Positions 37,463 to 46,622 of a DNA stretch of 64,000 nucleotides are shown one piece after another. The position numbers and the translations under genes are program-made. Source of the DNA: Pseudomonadota bacterium (lineage in GTDB: Bacteria > Myxococcota_A > UBA9042); contig SXRM01000386.1 in the NCBI GenBank assembly GCA_005792545.1, positions 934 through 64,933 of the forward strand, read 5' to 3'. The notes under the pieces are model-generated. The model was not told the origin of the DNA. It searched no databases and saw only the letters and a program-made list of their open reading frames with translations. Within the stretch, counting starts at the first letter, position 1. Each line of letters opens with the position of its first letter.

Positions 37463-40207
37463 TCAGTTCGGCTGCGCAGCGAGTTCTGCTTCGGCGTCTT
37501 TGAGCATCTGCTTGAACTTGCCGTTGGCCGGATCGCGGTCGACTGCTTTGCGCAAATACAGCACCTTGAGCTTGGCTGTCGTCGCCTTCTGCGCGAGCAC
37601 GGCAAACCGGGCCGCTTCCTTTTGAGCGTCGTTGGCCTCAGCGGCCGCCGGCGGTGCTGGCGGTTTCTCGGCCTTCTCGACCTTGGGCGGCTTGGCCGCT
37701 TCCTTCTTGGCGGCAGCTTCCTCTTTCTTCTTGCGCGCCTCGTCGGCTTTGCGCGCTTTTTCCGACTCGGCGGCCTTCTTGCGCTCTTCATCTGCTTTGC
37801 GGCGCTCTTCGTCAGCCTTCTTGGCGGCAGCCTCTTCTTTCTTCTTGCGCTGCTCGTCGGCCTTGCTGACCTCTGCCTCCGCTTTCTTCTTGGCGGCCTC
37901 GGCCTTGGTGGCTTGCTCCTCTTGCTTCTTGCGGTCCGCCTCCGCTTGCTTGGCCGCCTTGTCATCGGCCTTCTTGCGCTCGGCTTCGGCCTTTTCCAAT
38001 TCTGCCGCGGCCTGCTTGGCAGCCGCCTCGTCGGCAGCCTTCTTCTTGGCTTCGGCCTCCGCGGCGGCTTTGTTGTCGGCCTCGGCCTTGGCAGCCGCAG
38101 CCTTGTTGTCGGCCTCCGTCTTGGCAGCGGCGGTGGCCGCACCCGCAGCGGCATCGACTTGGGCTTGCTCGACCTGCTTTTGCAGGGCCGCCGCCTGGGC
38201 GTCGCCTGGCAGTAGCACTTGCGCCGCCTTGGCCTTTTCCAGCGCTTGGTCGAGCGTGCCGGCGCGCAGCAGCGCCTGACCCTCTTCGACCAGCTTGGCG
38301 GCCTGCGCGGACGGCGGCTCGGTGACCTCAGCGGCAACCTCCGGCGCCGCAGCGACGGCGTCGACAGCGGGCTCGGGGTTGGGCGCTGCGATGTCCGCGG
38401 CCGGGGCGGGCGCCGGCTCTGGAACTGGTGCGGGCGTCGGCGCAGGTGCGGTCGCTGGTGGTGCGGCGGCCTCACTGCCCTCTGGCGGAACGGGTGGCGG
38501 CTCTGGCGGAGCGTTGACTTTGATGTAGACGCCAACCGCCAACATGGCCACGGCGAATGCCGCGAGGGCGCCAAGCAGCAGCTTGTTGACCTTTTGCGGC
38601 GGCGGCACGGGCGGGCCCTGCTCGTGCAAGTCTTTGCCCGCCTCGTGCTTGTCGTTGTGCGAAAAAAACGCCGACTCGTGCATCGCCTCGACGCGGATGC
38701 GATCGGTGGTCTTGACCGTGCGGCCGGTGCCAGCCGCCGCCGGGCTGGCGGCAGGGGCGGGCGCTGCAGTCACCGTCACGGCTTTGGCCTGCGGCGCAGG
38801 GCTGACGGCAGCACTGGCGGCCGCCGGAACCTTGGCGGGTTCGGCTGGCTTGGCCACGTCCGCTGGGCTACGTTCGACCTTGGGTGCCGGCGAGGCGATC
38901 GGGGTCGGCGCCGACTTGCCCGCGATGGGCTGTGGGCCCCCGCGGTCGCGATCGCGCCGACTCTTCTTGCCCTTCTTGCCGCGACGGTTGGGGTCGGTGG
39001 CCACGCCAGCCGCCGAAGCCGGTTCGTCGTCGTCCTCGCCCTCGTCGTCGTCGTCAGCCGCTGCTGCACTGTCAGCCGGCGCTGGCGGAGCCGCCACCGG
39101 AGCCGCCTCTGCCTTGATCGCCGTTGGCACGGCTGTGACGTCCGGCTTGGCCGCTGCCGGTTCCGGTGCCGGCGCTGGCGCTGGCGCTGGCGCTGCGGCT
39201 TCCGGTGCAGCAACCGGTTCGGCGACTTGCTGTGGCTGGGCAGGCGCCGCAACGGGCGCAGGTTCAACTGCGACCTTGACGACAACAGTGGGCGCGGGCT
39301 CCGGTTCCGGCGCCGCGATGGCGCCGCCCAAAGCGCCGGCACGTTGGGGCACGGTCGCATCGGCGCCGCTCGGCAGAGGGCCCCAGGTTGTTGCTGCAGC
39401 TTGCAGCGTCTGCTGCCATGCGGCGGCAGTCGGACGTTTGGCCGGATCCTTGTCGAGTGCCTCGGTCAGTGCAGCCTGCAGGTCCTTGACGCCCTTGAGT
39501 GCAGGTTTGACCAGGTCGAGCCGCAGTGGCTTCTCGGCAGCCTGGCGCTTGATGACGGACAGCGGCTGCGGGCCGTGGAAAGGCGGCTTGCCAGCCGCCA
39601 GCGACCACACCGTCGTCGCCGCGCAATAGACGTCAGACGCTGGCGACAGGGCGCCACCTTTGCAGGCTTCGGCTGCCAGGTACTCAGGGGCGCCGAAAAA
39701 CTCTTCGGCAGCCGAGCCCGGCGCCACCGCCGGCAGCAAGCGCCACCAACCATAGCCAAAGGTCCGGATTTTTCCACCTGCCGCGCCGCCTTGCAGCCAC
39801 AGCCGATGCGGCCCGAGATCGCCGATCCACACGTCGGCACGCGAAGCAGCGGCGCAGGCCCCCGCCATCGCCAGCGCCGCATCGACCAGGTGCGGCATTT
39901 CGAGCTTGTCGCGGCGGCGCAGCGACTCTTCGGCCAGGCACCCGTCGGTTGCTTCGATCGCGATCCAGGCGCCCTGGTCGTCCCTGCCACTGCAGTACGC
40001 GACCAGCGCCTGCGGGCAGTCCGCCAGCTTGCGGTTGTCCGCTAGCACAGCCGCCAGCGTCGCGTCGTCCGCACGGGCTGCCGCAGACAGCCGCAGCACC
40101 AGCGCCGGCGCCGCGAGTCGGTCGTCCGTCGCGCGCACCAGCGTGCCGAGCTTGGTGGTTTCCAGCGTTTCGTGGGCGGTGAAGCGCTGGCCGATTTTTT
40201 CACTCAT
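37463..40207 (-). CDS. Membrane-anchored protein-kinase-like (probable pseudokinase) domain protein with long Ala/Lys/Glu-rich TolA-like coiled-coil region and C-terminal TPR-like segment
   Basis: N-terminal kinase-like fold with APE (GAPEYLAAE) but no VAIK Lys, HLVD instead of HRD, and DLG instead of DFG. One TM helix (LLLGALAAFAVAMLAVGVYI). Then ~250 aa of AEAKKKAADEAAAKQ... low complexity, with ~100-nt DNA-level repeats at ~37700-37900. Confidence 0.75.
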   Translation of the reverse strand: MSEKIGQRFTAHETLETTKLGTLVRATDDRLAAPALVLRLSAAARADDATLAAVLADNRKLADCPQALVAYCSGRDDQGAWIAIEATDGCLAEESLRRRDKLEMPHLVDAALAMAGACAAASRADVWIGDLGPHRLWLQGGAAGGKIRTFGYGWWRLLPAVAPGSAAEEFFGAPEYLAAEACKGGALSPASDVYCAATTVWSLAAGKPPFHGPQPLSVIKRQAAEKPLRLDLVKPALKGVKDLQAALTEALDKDPAKRPTAAAWQQTLQAAATTWGPLPSGADATVPQRAGALGGAIAAPEPEPAPTVVVKVAVEPAPVAAPAQPQQVAEPVAAPEAAAPAPAPAPAPEPAAAKPDVTAVPTAIKAEAAPVAAPPAPADSAAAADDDDEGEDDDEPASAAGVATDPNRRGKKGKKSRRDRDRGGPQPIAGKSAPTPIASPAPKVERSPADVAKPAEPAKVPAAASAAVSPAPQAKAVTVTAAPAPAASPAAAGTGRTVKTTDRIRVEAMHESAFFSHNDKHEAGKDLHEQGPPVPPPQKVNKLLLGALAAFAVAMLAVGVYIKVNAPPEPPPVPPEGSEAAAPPATAPAPTPAPVPEPAPAPAADIAAPNPEPAVDAVAAAPEVAAEVTEPPSAQAAKLVEEGQALLRAGTLDQALEKAKAAQVLLPGDAQAAALQKQVEQAQVDAAAGAATAAAKTEADNKAAAAKAEADNKAAAEAEAKKKAADEAAAKQAAAELEKAEAERKKADDKAAKQAEADRKKQEEQATKAEAAKKKAEAEVSKADEQRKKKEEAAAKKADEERRKADEERKKAAESEKARKADEARKKKEEAAAKKEAAKPPKVEKAEKPPAPPAAAEANDAQKEAARFAVLAQKATTAKLKVLYLRKAVDRDPANGKFKQMLKDAEAELAAQPN

Positions 40208-40538
40208 GGAGTTTCCCCGGCGCCCGGCGTCGCGGGCCTAGTGCTGCGACGCCAGAGTGCGCTTTTGGGTGGCCGCGATCGTCCGCGCGGACGCCACGAC
40301 CCCCCCCTTCGATTGGCAGCCTCCCGCGCGCCACCGCGATCAGGCTGCCCAGCGAAGCGCAGAATGATAGGGCCGTTGCGTACTTGGGGGCAAGACCGCC
40401 GTGACGGTCGCGTAACCAAATGATTAATCAGCCAAAATGCCGCAACAGCGGCCATCGCCGTCGCTACTCGCCTTCACAATTTGTCGCATGGTGGCTGCGA
40501 ACCGCGGCCGCGCCGTACACGGCCCCGCAAGGCTGGCG

Positions 40539-40961
40539 CTAGGTGGTTCGTGCTCCGTTGATATCAAATGGAAAGTGCGACAGACCCACCCGATTACCTT
40601 CGGGGTCGCGAACGTACACTGTCCACGGTGACTGATGGACCACGTCGACGCCCATGTGCCGCAAGTGGTCAAGCCACACCTGTCGATTCTGCCAATGGAT
40701 TTCGACGGCCAGCAGGTGCAACCCCGGCCGGCTGTCTTGCCACGGCGCGGTCTCGCCGTCGCCCGCGCAAGCCTCGAGCGCCAGCACGCTGCCACCCAAG
40801 CGCACCCACACCGAGCGATCGCCCGAGCCGTCGGCGGCCGGCCAGCGCCGGTCAATGCGCAGCCGCAGTACCCTTTCGTAAAAGCGCACCATCGCCGGAA
40901 CGTCGCGGCATTGGATCGCCAGATGGTGGACGCCAAACGGCGCGATGGGCGGCACGGCCAT
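40539..40961 (-). CDS. VOC family protein (glyoxalase/bleomycin-resistance/dioxygenase superfamily)
   Basis: The Met at 40961 gives MAVPPIAPFGVHHLAIQCRDVPAMVRFYERVL...LHLLAVEIH...VYVRDPEGNRVGL, a glyoxalase-I-like fold. Confidence 0.7.
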   Translation of the reverse strand: MAVPPIAPFGVHHLAIQCRDVPAMVRFYERVLRLRIDRRWPAADGSGDRSVWVRLGGSVLALEACAGDGETAPWQDSRPGLHLLAVEIHWQNRQVWLDHLRHMGVDVVHQSPWTVYVRDPEGNRVGLSHFPFDINGARTT

Positions 40962-41137
40962 TGCGGGTTGCCTGTCCGATCGGGCGCGATCGGCGGGCGG
41001 GTTATCCCCTCTGCCGCCCTTTGGGTCAATGGCGGGCACGGATCGCCCCGCGATTAGCCGGGCGCGACTGGTTGCCAAAACGATGATGCCTATTTAGGCT
41101 TGGCGCTGCGGCTCGGCCGTGGCGCAGGGACACGTGC

Positions 41138-41680
41138 ATGGATAACCCGAAAACGATTGGCATTTCGCGCGCCGGTTTGGCATCACGCGCGGTCGGGCGG
41201 TGTGCCCAGTTGGCGCTGGCGTTGGTTTGCGGCTTGTGGACCGCCGGTTGCGCGAACCCTGAGTTTGAACAGGTGCGCAACTACAAGGAGTTTCTCAATA
41301 GCGCCCGACCGCAGCTGCAGGCGATGAACAAGGTGCGGCAAGAGCTGTATGAGGCCGACGACATCGACGCCATGTTGACCAAGTTCGACACGGGGTTGCT
41401 GGTCAACATTGAGGGGCTGCGGCATCTGGCCGACACCGCCAAGGCGCCCGAGGGCAAGCTGGGCGAGCTGCACCAGGCTCTGCGCAAGAACATGGACGAG
41501 TACGTCACCGCCACCGCCGCGCTGGTCAAGCGACTCAAGGCCGCCAAGAAGACGGGCAACGACGATGAAATTCAGCGCGCGATCCTGGACTGGGGCGCCA
41601 AGGACAAGGCGTTTGGCGACCAGATGTTCAAGCTCGTGACCGACTTGAACCACTACCTCGATCAACTCGTCAAGAAGTAG
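41138..41680 (+). CDS. Lipoprotein, mostly alpha-helical, unknown function
   Basis: Lipobox ALALVCGLWTAGCAN. Total 180 aa. Confidence 0.6.
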   Translation: MDNPKTIGISRAGLASRAVGRCAQLALALVCGLWTAGCANPEFEQVRNYKEFLNSARPQLQAMNKVRQELYEADDIDAMLTKFDTGLLVNIEGLRHLADTAKAPEGKLGELHQALRKNMDEYVTATAALVKRLKAAKKTGNDDEIQRAILDWGAKDKAFGDQMFKLVTDLNHYLDQLVKK

Positions 41681-41784
41681 CCTGACGGCGCCGGTCCATG
41701 CTCCGGCAGCCGCGGTCGTGCCATTAAGGCCTCTGCGCTTCCGCCTTCGCCGGGATCGCCGCGCTGCTATACACGATCGCCCAA

Positions 41785-41805
41785 GTCCGGCACCAAATGC
41801 CGGAC
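41785..41805. terminator. Candidate bidirectional terminator hairpin between convergent genes (GTCCGGCA-CCAAA-TGCCGGAC)
   Basis: Perfect 8-bp inverted repeat with a 5-nt loop, lying between the + gene ending at 41680 and the - gene ending at 41986. There is no U tract, which is common at high GC. Confidence 0.3.
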
Positions 41806-41985
41806 CGGCGATCAGGTGCTTGTTAGGTGAGTCGCCAAGCTCGCGTCCGCTCCGCTACCGACTCGCAGCTCCGTCCAAGGTTTGATGTCAAATTTTGGCG
41901 ACAGTGTATAGCTAGCAATCCTCGGAAACTTCTCGCCCGCAGCACGGCTCGCGCCGCTTTCGAGGCTGGTCCGCAACAGCCACGA

Positions 41986-43044
41986 CTACGGCAGGGGTTG
42001 GCGCAAGACCCTCAGTCGCTTGCGCATGCCGTCGGTGGCGTGCCAATGGCCGCTGTCGTCGATGACCAGCGCCTCGCTGGCGCCCAGGGCCACGACCGTC
42101 GGCAGTCCAGCCTTGCCAAGAATCATCAGCGGCTTGCCAAGGGCATCGGCGATCGTGGCCGAAGCGGCCACCACCACGGCCGCCCGCGTTCCCTTGGCTG
42201 GCCAGCCAGTGCGCGGGTCCAGCACGTGGTGATAGCGCACACCACCGATGTCGAAATAGCGCTCGTAGTCCGCAGATGTGGCGAGCGACTCGCCGGGCAA
42301 CAGCTCCAGCGTCGCCCACATGTCGTTGCTCTCGCCGCGCGGATCGCGTAGCCCGGCCAGCCACGGCCCATGCGGGCCCTTACCGAGCGCGAGCAGTTGT
42401 CCACCGGCAGAGACCAGTGCGTTGTCCACGCCGTGTTGGCGCAGCGCCACAGCCGCGCGGTCGAGCGCCCAGCCTTTGGCGATGCCGCCCAGGCCGATCG
42501 CCATGCCCTTATCGGCCAGGCGCACCGTTCGGGTAGCCGCGTCCAGGTGCATGCGCTGCCAGCCCACCAGCGCGACCTGGCGGGCGATCGCCTTTGGGTC
42601 CGGCACCGCGGGCGTTGCGCCCAGCCGAAAGTCCCACAGCCCCCACAGCGCCGCCCAGGTCGGATCGAAGGCGCCACCGGTCTTGTCCGCCAGATCCCGC
42701 GACTTGACCAGGATGTCGAACAGTTCGGGGCTGACTGCGACCGGCGGGCCGCCAGCGCCGCGGTTGACGGTGCCCAGTTCGGACTCTGGCCGCCACTCGT
42801 TCATGCGGCGCTCGACGTCGTCCAGCACGGCAAACGCCGCTCGGGCGCCTGCAGTGGCGCTCGCCCCGGTCGGCAGGTTGACCTCAAAAACGGTCGCCAT
42901 GCTCGGCGCGCGCAAGGTCTGCCACGCCGCCGCAGGCTCATCCAGGCCTGGATCGAGTTGTGGACCGGTCGAGGTTGGCATGCCGCCGCATGCCGTGACG
43001 AGCGCCATCGCGGCCCAAGCCAGGGCGTGGCGCGTCGACTTCAT
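41986..43044 (-). CDS. apbE: FAD:protein FMN transferase (ApbE family), lipoprotein
   Basis: The Met at 43044 gives MKSTRHALAWAAMALVTACGG. ApbE motifs GGIAKGWALD and YERYF...YHHVLDPRTG are present. Confidence 0.85.
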   Translation of the reverse strand: MKSTRHALAWAAMALVTACGGMPTSTGPQLDPGLDEPAAAWQTLRAPSMATVFEVNLPTGASATAGARAAFAVLDDVERRMNEWRPESELGTVNRGAGGPPVAVSPELFDILVKSRDLADKTGGAFDPTWAALWGLWDFRLGATPAVPDPKAIARQVALVGWQRMHLDAATRTVRLADKGMAIGLGGIAKGWALDRAAVALRQHGVDNALVSAGGQLLALGKGPHGPWLAGLRDPRGESNDMWATLELLPGESLATSADYERYFDIGGVRYHHVLDPRTGWPAKGTRAAVVVAASATIADALGKPLMILGKAGLPTVVALGASEALVIDDSGHWHATDGMRKRLRVLRQPLP

Positions 43045-43054
43045 GTGGCGTGAC

Positions 43055-44152
43055 CTAGAAGCCTTTGGCCATGACCGCCGGCATGCCGCGCTCAATCTCG
43101 CGGACGCTGTTGGTCAACACCGCCAGACAGTGTCGATCGTAGGCCTCGATGACGGTGGCGATGCCGATCTGCTCGTCAGGATAGTCTTTGAGATTAGGTA
43201 CTTGACCGCGCCGCAGGCCGTCGCCGCGCCACATGATCTCAAAGCGATTGCCTTTCTCGACCCCGTCGTCTGCGCCCTTGTCGATGTAGACGTAATGGTA
43301 TTGACCGGCAGCGGTCGTCTCGTGGTGGAAATCGATGATGGTGGCCACCAATTCCACCTTGTTGGGCATCGCTCGCGTCAGCACCAGCGGCTCGAACACG
43401 TTGGTCACCAGGTCGCCGCGGCTGATTTCGCTGTAGCTGCGGGTCACCAGCACGCTCACCAGCGGGCGGACCGTGCGCAGAACCTTGCCTTCGCCTAGGA
43501 AGTTGATCTTGTAGCCGACGATCTTGTTGGTCAGCGGATGGACGACTTCGCGCTCGACCCGGTACACGGTATAGCGATCGCCGTCGCGCACGCACGGCCC
43601 CACGAACGCGTCCGGGTCTTTGTCCTTGCCGCTCTCGTCGGAGCACCGGCGCATCGTGAAGCGCACATAGGCCTCGTCCAACTGGCCGAGCATGTTGCGC
43701 TCTTCGCGGCTGGACTCGATGCTGCCCGACTCGCGGTAGTCGCGCGAGCTGATGTAGCCGACCCGGCGGACCAGCTCGACCTGCGGCCGCTTCGGCGCTG
43801 AAAACCGCGACGTCGCGTGGGTGATGGCCTTGGACGCGGCGGCCGCGGCCGGCGCCGAGCGGCGCGACAGGTATAGGACATCGCCAGGGTAGATCTGGTG
43901 CGGGTTGGTAATCTGCGGGTTGTAGCTCCACAGACTGGGCCAGTACCAAGGGTCGTCGTACAACTGTTCCGCGATCGACCACAGCGTGTCGCCCTGCTCG
44001 ACCACGTAGATGCGCTCGCCCGATTTCGCCGATTCCTGTACCGCGATCGCCGGGCCCTGTGCGTCAGGCAGCCATTGAGCGGCGGCGGGCGCACCATGGC
44101 ACAGCCAGGCGGCCCCAACCGCGGCGCAGACCCACTGTGCAGCGGCCTTCAT
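43055..44152 (-). CDS. LysM domain-containing secreted protein
   Basis: Signal peptide is present. The LysM is YVVEQGDTLWSIAEQLYDDPWYWPSLWSYNPQITNPHQIYPGDVLYL. Confidence 0.75.
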   Translation of the reverse strand: MKAAAQWVCAAVGAAWLCHGAPAAAQWLPDAQGPAIAVQESAKSGERIYVVEQGDTLWSIAEQLYDDPWYWPSLWSYNPQITNPHQIYPGDVLYLSRRSAPAAAAASKAITHATSRFSAPKRPQVELVRRVGYISSRDYRESGSIESSREERNMLGQLDEAYVRFTMRRCSDESGKDKDPDAFVGPCVRDGDRYTVYRVEREVVHPLTNKIVGYKINFLGEGKVLRTVRPLVSVLVTRSYSEISRGDLVTNVFEPLVLTRAMPNKVELVATIIDFHHETTAAGQYHYVYIDKGADDGVEKGNRFEIMWRGDGLRRGQVPNLKDYPDEQIGIATVIEAYDRHCLAVLTNSVREIERGMPAVMAKGF

Positions 44153-44958
44153 AGCTCACCCTTGCTGTTCTTGCGCTGCAGGTCGTCCACGGCCCGTCGC
44201 GCGGCCGGCGTGCCGGGGTATTGCCGCGACAGTTGCTTTAGGACCTCGCCAGCGCCGGGATCGTCGCCCATCTTCTCGTAGCTTTTGGCCAGTTTGTACA
44301 TGGCGTCCGGCACCTTGTTGCCGCGCGGGTAGTCTTTGGCGACCCGCACGAACGACTGCGCCGCTTTGAGCCACTGCGACTGGGCGTACCAGCTCTCGCC
44401 GATCCAGTACATGGCGTTGTCGGCCAGGTCATGGTCCGGGTGCGCGAGCAGCATTTTTTCGAACAGGGACCGCGCCGCGGTGACCTGCTCGGCGTCCAGC
44501 AGGTTCTTGGCCTGCGTGTACAGGGCCACCGCCGGGTCCGCCTTGGGTTTGTCGTTGTCCAGCTGCGGCGGCAAGTCGCTCGACGGCCCGCTCGGCGCCG
44601 GTGTGGCCGGAGGTTCCGCGGCGACCACTTCGATGGGTCCCTCAGTGGCTGGCGCCGCGACTTTGACGGTTGGCAGCTTGGGAATCCACCCCGATTCGCG
44701 GCGGGCGCGGTCGACGCGGGCCGAGTCGGCGCGCTCCTCAACCATTACCAGTCGCGACTTGAGCTCGTCATACTGCACGCGCGCGGCCGCCTGGCTGCGC
44801 TTGAGCTCGTCGAGTTCGTCGCGCAGCGCGCTCACCTCGGACTCGACCTGCTGCGTGCGCGCCCCGGTGCATGCTGCCAGCGACGCCGCGCAGCAAGCGA
44901 CGCAAGCCAGCCACCTGGCGCTTCGCTTCGGGTTGGGCGGGCGGTGCGGCATAGGCAT
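44149..44958 (-). CDS. cpoB: Tol-Pal system protein YbgF/CpoB-like (coiled coil + TPR)
   Basis: Signal/lipobox, an N-terminal coiled coil (ELDELKRSQAAARVQYDELKSRLVMVEER), and a C-terminal TPR triad (AMYWIGESWYAQSQWLKAAQSF...AMYKLAKSYEKMGD). Confidence 0.75.
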   Translation of the reverse strand: MPMPHRPPNPKRSARWLACVACCAASLAACTGARTQQVESEVSALRDELDELKRSQAAARVQYDELKSRLVMVEERADSARVDRARRESGWIPKLPTVKVAAPATEGPIEVVAAEPPATPAPSGPSSDLPPQLDNDKPKADPAVALYTQAKNLLDAEQVTAARSLFEKMLLAHPDHDLADNAMYWIGESWYAQSQWLKAAQSFVRVAKDYPRGNKVPDAMYKLAKSYEKMGDDPGAGEVLKQLSRQYPGTPAARRAVDDLQRKNSKGEL

Positions 44959-45006
44959 GTCCTCAGGCCGGCCACGGAGGGGCCAAGGTGCAACGCTATC
45001 CCACCG

Positions 45007-45423
45007 TCAGCGGGTGTCAACATTTGCCCGGGCTTGGCGCAGGTTGCGCAGGCCCGCGCGCAAAGTCGGCGCCACCTTCGCCCAGGCCCGACCCGCGGCC
45101 CGCACCGCCGCGCCAATCGGGCCACTGCGAGGCATTGGCACCACCACCGCGCCCCAGCGCACGGCGCACAGTCGGCCGACGATGGCTGCGCGTGACACCG
45201 GCGGATCGCAGCGATCGCGGGTGTCGCCGCGCAGAATCACACGATCGCCGTCGATGATTTCCACGCGGTGCAAGACGATCGCTGGGGCAGGGCCACTAAC
45301 GACGCCCACGATGTCGCCAACTTGTAGGACATCGACCGCGTCAAGTGCGATCTCGGCTGGGGCGGCCAGTGGCCACATCGACCGGCCGGCAACTGGGTGC
45401 CAGACGCGGGCGCTTGCGGTCAC
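45007..45423 (-). CDS. S24/S26-type (LexA/signal-peptidase-like) serine peptidase domain protein
   Basis: The GTG at 45423 overlaps the rSAM TGA stop. AGRSMWP matches the GDSMxP nucleophile motif. GDIVGVV...AIVLHRVEIIDGDRVILRGD follows the S24 beta-fold pattern with His in place of the usual Lys. The ORF-track start at 45873 is inside the rSAM gene. Confidence 0.55.
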   Translation of the reverse strand: MTASARVWHPVAGRSMWPLAAPAEIALDAVDVLQVGDIVGVVSGPAPAIVLHRVEIIDGDRVILRGDTRDRCDPPVSRAAIVGRLCAVRWGAVVVPMPRSGPIGAAVRAAGRAWAKVAPTLRAGLRNLRQARANVDTR

Positions 45424-46622
45424 GGTTTGCTCGGTGCAGCGAGAACCCGGGCGCCCTGACCCTTGCGAGGTCGGTAGATGGGGAAGACGAATCGCTCCGG
45501 TCGCGGCGGCCGTTCGGACCCCGCGGGGACGCTGGCCCACTGCTCCGGAGCCCACGTCGGGCCGTGGGCGGCTTCGTAGCCGAGCATGCGCAAGCGGGTG
45601 CGGGTATGAAAGTGGCCTGGGGGCTTCCGATAGTCGCCCGTGTTCTTGAACGCTTCGCCTGGGCAATAGAAGCAGGCTCCGCTTCCGCCACAGCTGTGGC
45701 AGGCCGTGCGCTCGCGGTTGGTCCAGTCGCGCAGGGCCAGGCGTGCTGGTGAACCAGACCAGATATCGGCCAGCGCCTGCTGCCGCAGGTTGCCAAGCTC
45801 CATTGGAAACACGACACACGGCCAGACGCCACCGTCGGGGGCGATGTACACGAGGCGCCGGCCGGCACCACACGGACCCTGCGACAGCCGGTCTTTGACC
45901 TGAGCGGTCGGTGGCGGCACCGTTCGGGTCAGTGCGATGAGTTGCTCGGCTCGAATCCGCCGGTCCACCGCCAGGTTCAAGCTGTCGAGACCCTCATTGC
46001 CGGCATTATCGCGTGAAATATCCAAGCCGAACCTAACCGTGCAGCCCAGAGCCACAAAACGGTCGAAAATCGCCGGAATTTCTTCGACAGTTTGGTCCTG
46101 GACGACCACACTCGCTTGCACAGGGACGCCAACAGCCCGCAGGCACTGGATGCCGGTCAGCGTCCTTGCCAGTGATCCAGGATGCCGGGTAAAGGCGTCG
46201 TGAATCTCCGGCCGCAACGAGTAGACGCTGACGTCGACCCGCGTGACCATTTGCTCGGCGTACCGCGCCGCGACGGCGGCATCGACGTTGCCCGCGTGGG
46301 TCTTGATGCGATTCGCAAAGCCCTTTGCCGTTGCGTAGGCCAGCAGCTCCTCAAAGTCGGCGCGCTGGCTGACGTCGCCACCTGACCACGTCAGCAGCAG
46401 CGTCCCCATCGCCGCCAACTGGTCCAACACCGCGCGCCACTCTGCCCCTGTCATTTCGGGATAAGTCGTTCGGTTGTCCAAGTAGCAGTGCTGGCAGTCC
46501 AGGTCGCACCGATAGGTCAGGTTGATGTGCGCCGAAACCGGCACATCCGCTTGCGCGTAGAGCGCCAATGCGGCATCGACCGAGGCCACTTCCGTAGCGG
46601 CCGGACTCGCGGCGGCGATCAT
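45420..46622 (-). CDS. Radical SAM / SPASM-domain peptide-modifying enzyme (maturase)
   Basis: CxxxCxxC radical SAM motif NLTYRCDLDCQHCY. C-terminal SPASM cysteines GPCGAGRR...CVVFP...CHSCGGSGACFYCPGE. The ATG at 46622 overlaps the HprK-like gene stop (ATGA). The ORF-track start at 46928 lies inside the upstream gene. Confidence 0.85.
   Translation of the reverse strand: MIAAASPAATEVASVDAALALYAQADVPVSAHINLTYRCDLDCQHCYLDNRTTYPEMTGAEWRAVLDQLAAMGTLLLTWSGGDVSQRADFEELLAYATAKGFANRIKTHAGNVDAAVAARYAEQMVTRVDVSVYSLRPEIHDAFTRHPGSLARTLTGIQCLRAVGVPVQASVVVQDQTVEEIPAIFDRFVALGCTVRFGLDISRDNAGNEGLDSLNLAVDRRIRAEQLIALTRTVPPPTAQVKDRLSQGPCGAGRRLVYIAPDGGVWPCVVFPMELGNLRQQALADIWSGSPARLALRDWTNRERTACHSCGGSGACFYCPGEAFKNTGDYRKPPGHFHTRTRLRMLGYEAAHGPTWAPEQWASVPAGSERPPRPERFVFPIYRPRKGQGARVLAAPSKP

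Noticed and set aside
38219-40045. 608-aa plus-strand ORF antisense to the pseudokinase/TolA-like gene
   Set aside because: Gly/Arg/Trp/Cys-rich. It mirrors the low-complexity repeat of the sense strand.
40424-41029. Alternative 201-aa minus-strand frame overlapping the VOC-family gene
   Set aside because: The 40539-40961 frame carries clear glyoxalase/VOC motifs. This frame is Arg/Cys/Trp-rich.
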